A stretch of DNA of 64,000 nucleotides. It comes from a virus. Positions 59,054 through 64,000 of the stretch are shown here, piece by piece. Below the pieces are notes generated by a model. That model had not been told where the DNA came from. It did no database searches and worked only from the letters and a program-made list of their open reading frames with translations. Positions within the stretch are counted from its first letter, which is position 1. Every line of letters begins with the position of its first letter. A program made the position numbers and the translations under genes. The stretch covers positions 39,780 to 103,779 of IMG/VR virus record IMGVR_UViG_3300042905_003268; one strand, 5' to 3'.

Positions 59054-59611
59054 ATGATTACAGTTACCGCCCCTGAGGGCACAGTCGCATTTGCTACCTA
59101 CGCCGCTCGCTTTGAGAGCCTTATCATGACCGCCACCCTCGCGCAGATGGAGCAAGCAGCCGTCTGGTATCGTGACGCGGAGGAAGTTGCGGAGGAGGTT
59201 GCTCGCAACCTTGACACTACCCTAGAGGTAGGCGCATCCATCGTCGCAGCATTCTCGCCGCGTGAGCGTTGGTCCACTAACGTCGCTAAGGCTATCGCAT
59301 TCTCGCTCGGTCAGACCCCTAAGGGATTGGGCAATAATCTTCGCATGGCGGAGGCTTCTATCCTCATGGGATTCGATGCGCTCAAGGGTGCCAAGACTAA
59401 TGCATTCGCTCGCGCTATTGCAGGCGACGCTAACGCTGTCGTCATCGACGTTTGGATGATGCGAGCCGCTGGCATGGATACCGACTCTCCTAATAAGTCT
59501 CAGTACGCGCTACTTTCGGAGGCTGTCGTGGCTGTCGCGCAGCAATTCGGAATCACCCCGCGCACCGCGCAGGCTCTTATCTGGATTATCGTGCGAGGGG
59601 GTGCAGCATGA
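59054..59611 (+). CDS. Conserved phage protein (DUF7178-like, possibly HhH-glycosylase fold)
   Basis: WY...AAFSPRERW..N...K...F...IDVWMMR...QALIW. Confidence 0.55.
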   Translation: MITVTAPEGTVAFATYAARFESLIMTATLAQMEQAAVWYRDAEEVAEEVARNLDTTLEVGASIVAAFSPRERWSTNVAKAIAFSLGQTPKGLGNNLRMAEASILMGFDALKGAKTNAFARAIAGDANAVVIDVWMMRAAGMDTDSPNKSQYALLSEAVVAVAQQFGITPRTAQALIWIIVRGGAA

Positions 59612-59766
59612 CATACTTTGCAATGGATGGAAACTATGGAAGCGCACACGGCCTAGTTGTCATTGACACTAGCGGGTGGACTGATAAAGATTGGGATAGG
59701 GTAGAGAGTGCAACCGATGATGATAGGTTCATCGTCGCGGTCGTTATTGCGGAGGAATACTCATGA
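59608..59766 (+). CDS. Hypothetical protein (52 aa)
   Basis: Own translation MTYFAMDGNYG...; ATGA overlaps. Confidence 0.55.
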   Translation: MTYFAMDGNYGSAHGLVVIDTSGWTDKDWDRVESATDDDRFIVAVVIAEEYS

Positions 59767-59821
59767 ACGATATCACGCTAGAGAACTTTCGGGAGATGCT
59801 GCGCGATTTTGTGGGGGTGTG

Positions 59822-59926
59822 ATGACTGACGCTATCGCATGGCTCTCAGTATTGGGTGCGGCTGTAGTATTTCTAGCACCGTTTGCCGTAGTGTATTTTA
59901 TCGTCACCGCTTTTTGGAAAAGGTAG
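59822..59926 (+). CDS. 34-aa membrane peptide
   Basis: Hydrophobic helix ending WKR. Confidence 0.45.
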   Translation: MTDAIAWLSVLGAAVVFLAPFAVVYFIVTAFWKR

Positions 59927-59930
59927 CCGA

Positions 59931-59998
59931 CAGGGTTGCGTGTGCAACCCTGCGCGGCCAAGATCTTGTCCGCGCCCTGCGCGGTGTCAAGTTACGAC
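59931..59998. repeat. Composite element copy 3 with upstream CAGGGTTGC hairpin
   Basis: CAGGGTTGC-GTGT-GCAACCCTG, then GCGCGGCCAAGATCTTGTCCGCGC and GTCAAGTTACGAC. Confidence 0.9.
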
Positions 59999-60121
59999 AC
60001 ACCGTATTTTTCCCCAGAATTTGTGATCTATACCACATAGAATATGACCGATAATCGGATTTCGATTGGGTGAATGTCAGACCCCCATGATAGCCTTAGG
60101 GCATAGAAAGAAAGGCTAGTA

Positions 60122-60310
60122 ATGAACAACACTCTCCATTCCCACCTCGTTTGCTGCTTTTGCGACAACGAGATTGACCTCGATGCCAAGTGGTGCGGCC
60201 TTTGCCGTGAATACAAGGGCATCATGACCGTGGAAGCCTTTGAGGACTACCTCAAGGTTGCCTATGATTGCAATTGCTTGTCAGACCTAGATGATAGGAT
60301 CTCAGCATGA
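60122..60310 (+). CDS. Small zinc-binding protein
   Basis: CCFC...CGLCREYKG; GAAAGG RBS. Confidence 0.6.
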   Translation: MNNTLHSHLVCCFCDNEIDLDAKWCGLCREYKGIMTVEAFEDYLKVAYDCNCLSDLDDRISA

Positions 60311-60834
60311 ACCTAGAAGAACTATACGAGAATTTCCTCCGTTTGGAGGCCACCCTTGACCTTGACCCCAACCCTTGGGTGTCAGACCCTGATGATAAGG
60401 TGAAGCCATGACAACATACAAGGTGTTCGTAGATGGAGAGTTCTTTTCCACGGTCGCCACCCGCGAGGGTGCTGAGACTATCCGAGACTTTTGGGCATCA
60501 CCCCGTCAGACCGTTGAGATTGTGGAGGTGGGAGCATGACCACAGTAGAGTTTGAGAAGGCATGGCTAGATAACTACTACATGCTTGGCGACCATGCATT
60601 CGACTATGCGCGGTGCATGTATCTGGACGACGGCACTCTGATTGTCGATGGGGTGCGCTATGAGGAGGTGCCTTTCTAATGCAGAATATCTACAAGGTCT
60701 ACTACGGTGGACAGTACATGTGTTCATTCTTTGAGCGTGATGCTGCGCTCAACTGGATTGTCGATCTCGCTGCTGAAGGCGAGGGGGATTTCGGAGACTA
60801 CGAGATTCTGGATGGGAGTGATTTTCCTGCTTAG
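60307..60834 (+). CDS. Run of four tiny overlapping ORFs (60307-60411, 60408-60539, 60536-60679, 60679-60834)
   Basis: Own translation; ATGA/TAATG coupling, with leaderless or GGAGG-led starts. Confidence 0.55.
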
Positions 60835-60962
60835 GTCCCGACGCAATGTTGGCAAGCACCGCCTGCGGTGCTACTTCGGGTGCTGCTTGTCAGTCCCCTC
60901 CGATAAGATGGAACGTAGAATCATCAAGCGCAAGGAAGCGCGTGAATGGAAGAAGGATCAGA

Positions 60963-61172
60963 ATGTGGCAGGATAGTGCAGCGTGCAAGGATGCGGACAG
61001 CAACCTGTTTCTCTCAGGTGTTGCCTCGCGCATCGAAAAGGCTAAGTCGATTTGTGCAACGTGCAGCGTTGTGCAGGATTGCCTCGCATTTGCAATTCGC
61101 AACGAGGATTTTGAGCCGCATGTCTATGGTGGCATGACGGGTGTAGAGCGTAAGAGATTGGCGGGTGTGTGA
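60963..61172 (+). CDS. whiB: WhiB-family Fe-S transcription regulator
   Basis: WQDSAAC...AKSICATCSVVQDC...VYGGMT..ER. Confidence 0.85.
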   Translation: MWQDSAACKDADSNLFLSGVASRIEKAKSICATCSVVQDCLAFAIRNEDFEPHVYGGMTGVERKRLAGV

Positions 61173-61436
61173 TGGTAAAGGTAGAGATGCCTCGCGCAGA
61201 TTGGGATGCAGTCCTAACGTGTCTGCGGGAACTGATGGATCAGGGATGGATCGTGAAGTCCCTCTACAATGACATTATCGACCAAGTAGACGAACAGGAG
61301 TACTGATATGAGTTACCTTGACTACCTTCCCGCCGATGGCAATTTCTCAGAGGATGAACTGTGGGAGGCCATCGCAGAAGATTTGGGAGTCGATCCCTCA
61401 GAGATCATGGATGGGGATTTGGTGGATTTTATCTAG
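61172..61436 (+). CDS. Two small acidic ORFs (61172-61306, 61308-61436)
   Basis: Own translation; coupled start/stop and AGGAG RBS. Confidence 0.5.
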
Positions 61437-61443
61437 TTGTCGC

Positions 61444-61513
61444 CAGGGTTGCGAGTGCAACCCTGCGCGGCCAAGATCTTGTCCGCGTAAAAAAAATAAA
61501 AATAGTTTACGAC
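61444..61513. repeat. Composite element copy 4 with CAGGGTTGC hairpin
   Basis: Near-identical to copy 3 through the palindrome; TTTACGAC box. Confidence 0.85.
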
Positions 61514-61518
61514 GAGGC

Positions 61519-61547
61519 TTGACAGCCCCTGGAATTTCTGATAGGTT
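61519..61547 (+). promoter_or_regulatory. Sigma-A-type promoter TTGACA-17-TAGGTT
   Basis: Consensus -35 and spacing. Confidence 0.6.
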
Positions 61548-61571
61548 TGGCTCATCAACCTAGGAGGAAAA

Positions 61572-61706
61572 ATGGCTCGCTGTGAAGACTACCCGTGCTG
61601 CGGTCACACCGACGGCCTTGGCTGCAACTACAACCCTGGCGATTACTACTGGCGTAAGGTAATGTCTCCTGACTATGACCCCTACTATGATGAAGGGGAG
61701 TACTGA
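61572..61706 (+). CDS. 44-aa Cys/Tyr-rich peptide
   Basis: AGGAGG RBS; MARCEDYPCCGH. Confidence 0.6.
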   Translation: MARCEDYPCCGHTDGLGCNYNPGDYYWRKVMSPDYDPYYDEGEY

Positions 61707-61707
61707 G

Positions 61708-61754
61708 GGGCGGGTAAGTTCTTAGCCGCGCAATAAAATCTAGTCAATTACGAC
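61708..61754. repeat. Composite element copy 5 (degenerate)
   Basis: GGGCGGGTAAGTTCTTAGCCGCGC + GTCAATTACGAC. Confidence 0.75.
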
Positions 61755-61845
61755 GATTAAGAAATTTCTCCAGAATTCCCAGAATTTTTCCTTGTGGCTG
61801 TCATACCCCTAGGCTATAGTAGTACTACAACAGAAAAGAGGGAAC

Positions 61846-62046
61846 ATGATTGCTACTATCCGTACTCCCTCCCGCTCATCCACGGGCGCGGGGGTATTTG
61901 AAGCAATCAAGCATGGCGTAGAGTATGATGTATATGATGATACCCATTTCGATATCACGATTCATAATCAGACCCGCGCAAACTTGATTGCGAAAGCGGC
62001 AAATGGTAAGATTGTTGCCGTAGTTGATGCACTTCCCGTTTACTAG
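61846..62046 (+). CDS. Hypothetical protein
   Basis: ORF track; GAGGG RBS. Confidence 0.55.
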   Translation: MIATIRTPSRSSTGAGVFEAIKHGVEYDVYDDTHFDITIHNQTRANLIAKAANGKIVAVVDALPVY

Positions 62047-62061
62047 TAGAAGGAGAAAATA

Positions 62062-62223
62062 ATGGCAAGCAAGAAGAGCAAGACCCCTAAGTTCACCTAC
62101 CTTGAGACCTGGAATACCCGTTATGGTGTCCAGACTCGTATTGTCACTCGTCAGAATGGCAAGTTCATTGACTCCACCCCCGCGTTGGAGACATTGAAGC
62201 ACGGCATCCCTGCTGGTCGATAG
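62062..62223 (+). CDS. Small basic hypothetical protein
   Basis: AAGGAG RBS; MASKKSKTPKF. Confidence 0.55.
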   Translation: MASKKSKTPKFTYLETWNTRYGVQTRIVTRQNGKFIDSTPALETLKHGIPAGR

Positions 62224-62263
62224 TAGGAAGATCCTGGGTATGATCGCTAAAACTGCCCATCTA

Positions 62264-62344
62264 GCCCGAGTGGTGGAATTGGCAGACACGCACGACTCAA
62301 AATCGTGTTCCATTGGAGTGTGGGTTCAAGTCCCACCTTGGGCA
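62264..62344 (+). tRNA. tRNA-Leu(CAA)
   Basis: GCCCGAG/CTTGGGC acceptor stem, CACGA-CTCAAAA-TCGTG anticodon arm, variable arm, GGTTCAAGTCC; no encoded CCA. Confidence 0.92.
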
Positions 62345-62347
62345 CTA

Positions 62348-62437
62348 GGTGGGGGTATGTGACCCGCTATCACACCTTGTTTGGCGAATGGAAGGTGGGA
62401 TTCCTTCCTAAGATAGCATCGACTCACTCCCCCACCG
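62348..62437 (+). ncRNA. Candidate structured RNA
   Basis: Nested stems GGTGGGGG/CCCCCACC, GTGA/TCAC, GCTATC/GATAGC, GGAAGG/CCTTCC. Confidence 0.45.
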
Positions 62438-62504
62438 ACTAAAGTCTTGACGGCGGTCAGGGCTTATGCTACGATTCTACTACCTACTACAGAAAGAGAC
62501 CGAT

Positions 62505-62894
62505 ATGGGAGACCGCGCTAACTTTGGAATCCGTCAGAATGACGGCAACATCATCTTCATCTACGGACATTGGGCAGGCGAGGGTATGCTTGCTAAGTTT
62601 GCTAATGCTCTTGACCATGTTCAGAATGTTGGTCGTATTGACGACCAGGCTTATGCAAATCGCATCATCATCTCGCAGTTGGTTGGCGAGTCTTGGTCTG
62701 GCGATCTTGGCTGGGGTGTTACTGTGAACTACCTCGCAGACAACGAGCATAAGGTTCCTGTGTATGACTTTGCACTCCGCGAGGTAACTCTCTATGACTA
62801 TGATTGGAAGTCGGGAGTTCTGACTGATATCATTGTCACGTTCTCGCTGAACGAGTTCATCAACAAGTACGCCAAGACCTTGATGGAGGTCTGA
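62505..62894 (+). CDS. Conserved phage hypothetical protein
   Basis: MGDRANFG...IYGHWAG. Confidence 0.6.
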   Translation: MGDRANFGIRQNDGNIIFIYGHWAGEGMLAKFANALDHVQNVGRIDDQAYANRIIISQLVGESWSGDLGWGVTVNYLADNEHKVPVYDFALREVTLYDYDWKSGVLTDIIVTFSLNEFINKYAKTLMEV

Positions 62895-62895
62895 A

Positions 62896-63318
62896 ATGAT
62901 TGATCCTAGTATGACTGACATTCATCCATTCCCGCCCACGATGCAGGAGTTGGAGCAGAGGTACCGCGATCTTGAGAAGAAACTTGCCGATATGGAGTGT
63001 GACCGCGATTTCTGGCGGGGCAAGGCTCATGAGAAGCAGTCTATGATTGACAACCTTGAGGAATACATCAAGGATCAGTTTGACTACATCGATGAGAATG
63101 TATCTCAGAGCATTGTCGAAATCTTTGGTCTTAATATCACCAAGGACTACGATGTGACAGTTACCGTCACATTCTCTGGTACTGTTAGTGTTCCTCTGAA
63201 CTACGACATGGATAACCTTGAGAATGATCTGAATGCCAGTCTTGAGGCAACATACTACAGCGATATAGAGTCTGATTTCTCAGAGGATCGTATGGATATC
63301 GACTGGACAGAGAGTTAG
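62896..63318 (+). CDS. Hypothetical protein (coiled coil, acidic)
   Basis: GGAGG RBS. Confidence 0.6.
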   Translation: MIDPSMTDIHPFPPTMQELEQRYRDLEKKLADMECDRDFWRGKAHEKQSMIDNLEEYIKDQFDYIDENVSQSIVEIFGLNITKDYDVTVTVTFSGTVSVPLNYDMDNLENDLNASLEATYYSDIESDFSEDRMDIDWTES

Positions 63319-63350
63319 GCAGCGGTGGTATCCTAACTACGCCTCCGCCC

Positions 63351-63387
63351 TGCAGACCTGAGCATGTCTTGCATAATAAACTGCTCA
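63351..63387 (+). ncRNA. Candidate H-type pseudoknot just 5' of tRNA-Glu
   Basis: TGCAGAC/GTCTTGCA stem; loop TGAGCA pairs with downstream TGCTCA. Confidence 0.45.
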
Positions 63388-63390
63388 CAC

Positions 63391-63463
63391 GCCCCCATCA
63401 TCTAGTGGCCTAGGATACTGCCCTTTCAAGGCAGCGGCGCGGGTTCGAATCCCGTTGGGGGTA
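63391..63463 (+). tRNA. tRNA-Glu(TTC)
   Basis: GCCCCCA/TGGGGGT acceptor stem, CTGCC-CTTTCAA-GGCAG, GGTTCGAATCC; no encoded CCA. Confidence 0.92.
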
Positions 63464-63465
63464 CT

Positions 63466-63512
63466 CCGCGTGCAAGATCTTGGCCGCGCCAGCGGCATAA
63501 GTCAATTACGAC
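63466..63512. repeat. Composite element copy 6
   Basis: CCGCGTGCAAGATCTTGGCCGCGC + GTCAATTACGAC. Confidence 0.85.
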
Positions 63513-63612
63513 GGAAGGATATTTTCCCCAGATTTTTTAGAAATATCCTTGCCCAATGTCAGTCCCAGGGTGTATAGTTCTTCTATAAGTTCAATCAACT
63601 AAGGAGATACAT

Positions 63613-64000
63613 ATGGCACACGCAGTAGAGATTGGCGCTAACGGAGAGCAGGCTTTTGCTTCCTTCCGCGAACCCGCTTGGCATGGTCTTGGCACCGTGT
63701 TCTTTGAGGAGAAGTCCACCCAGGAGATGCTGGATGCGGCCTACCTGTCCAACTGGAACGTTCGCCTTGAGGCCGTTCCTTACCCTTCCGACTACAATGT
63801 GATCACGCCTTCCTACATGGTACTGCGTGACAACCCCTTTGACCAGGGTACTGACGTTCTCGCTACCGTTGGTGAGCGTTACCACGTTCTTCAGAACGAG
63901 GATCTTTTCGACTTTGGCGATGCGCTGCTTGACGGTGGTCGCTGGGAGACTGCTGGCTCTATTCGTCAGGGTCGCGTTGTGTTCGGTTCGCTTGCGCTTG
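63613..64000 (+). CDS. DUF932-family protein (runs off the window edge)
   Basis: Own translation MAH...REPAWHGLGT...VGERY.VLQN...WETAGS..GR.VF; AAGGAG RBS. Confidence 0.8.
   Translation, partial: MAHAVEIGANGEQAFASFREPAWHGLGTVFFEEKSTQEMLDAAYLSNWNVRLEAVPYPSDYNVITPSYMVLRDNPFDQGTDVLATVGERYHVLQNEDLFDFGDALLDGGRWETAGSIRQGRVVFGSLAL

Larger units (their letters stand above)
56580..63578 (+). promoter_or_regulatory. Family of 12 promoters with a TGTCRGACCC-like box starting 16 nt before the -10
   Basis: Copies at 56580, 56777, 57505, 57965, 58837, 59026, 60075, 60279, 60380, 60888, 61799, 63557. Confidence 0.8.

Noticed and set aside
57367-63512. CRISPR array interpretation of the repeated palindrome
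   Set aside because: Spacing is 0.25-1.8 kb with whole genes between copies; no cas genes seen
1-64000. Stop-codon reassignment
   Set aside because: Standard code gives dense full-length genes; TAA, TAG and TGA all end genes; neither tRNA is a suppressor

Overview
This window is part of a large tailed-phage (siphovirus-like) genome, most likely from an actinobacterial host, judged from a WhiB gene, many leaderless promoters, ThyX/NrdJ and the gene order. Bases 1-54 kb are an AT-rich, mostly minus-strand block. In transcription order it holds a glycosyltransferase, class II RNR, holin/endolysin, about 18 kb of accessory virion genes and modifying enzymes, portal, prohead protease, capsid, neck genes, major tail, a frameshifted tail chaperone, a 3054-aa tape measure and tail-tip genes. 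From ~56.5 kb the DNA is visibly more GC-rich and carries many tiny plus-strand early-type genes and two tRNAs. Four signals stand out. (1) Two FN3 virion-type proteins each carry a proline-rich tract, (PT)n or (PPFF)n, followed by a C-terminal Hint-like domain, and each sits beside 2OG-Fe(II) prolyl-hydroxylase-like genes (8 in the window). This suggests a system for post-translationally decorating the virion. (2) The tape measure carries ADP-ribosyltransferase-like and NlpC/P60 domains. (3) Six copies of a composite intergenic element (24-bp palindrome + TTACGAC box + A/T tracts) partition the early region into cassettes. (4) Twelve promoters share a TGTCRGACCC-like box starting exactly 16 nt before the -10 hexamer. 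All functional calls come from motif recognition by eye; no database searches were run.
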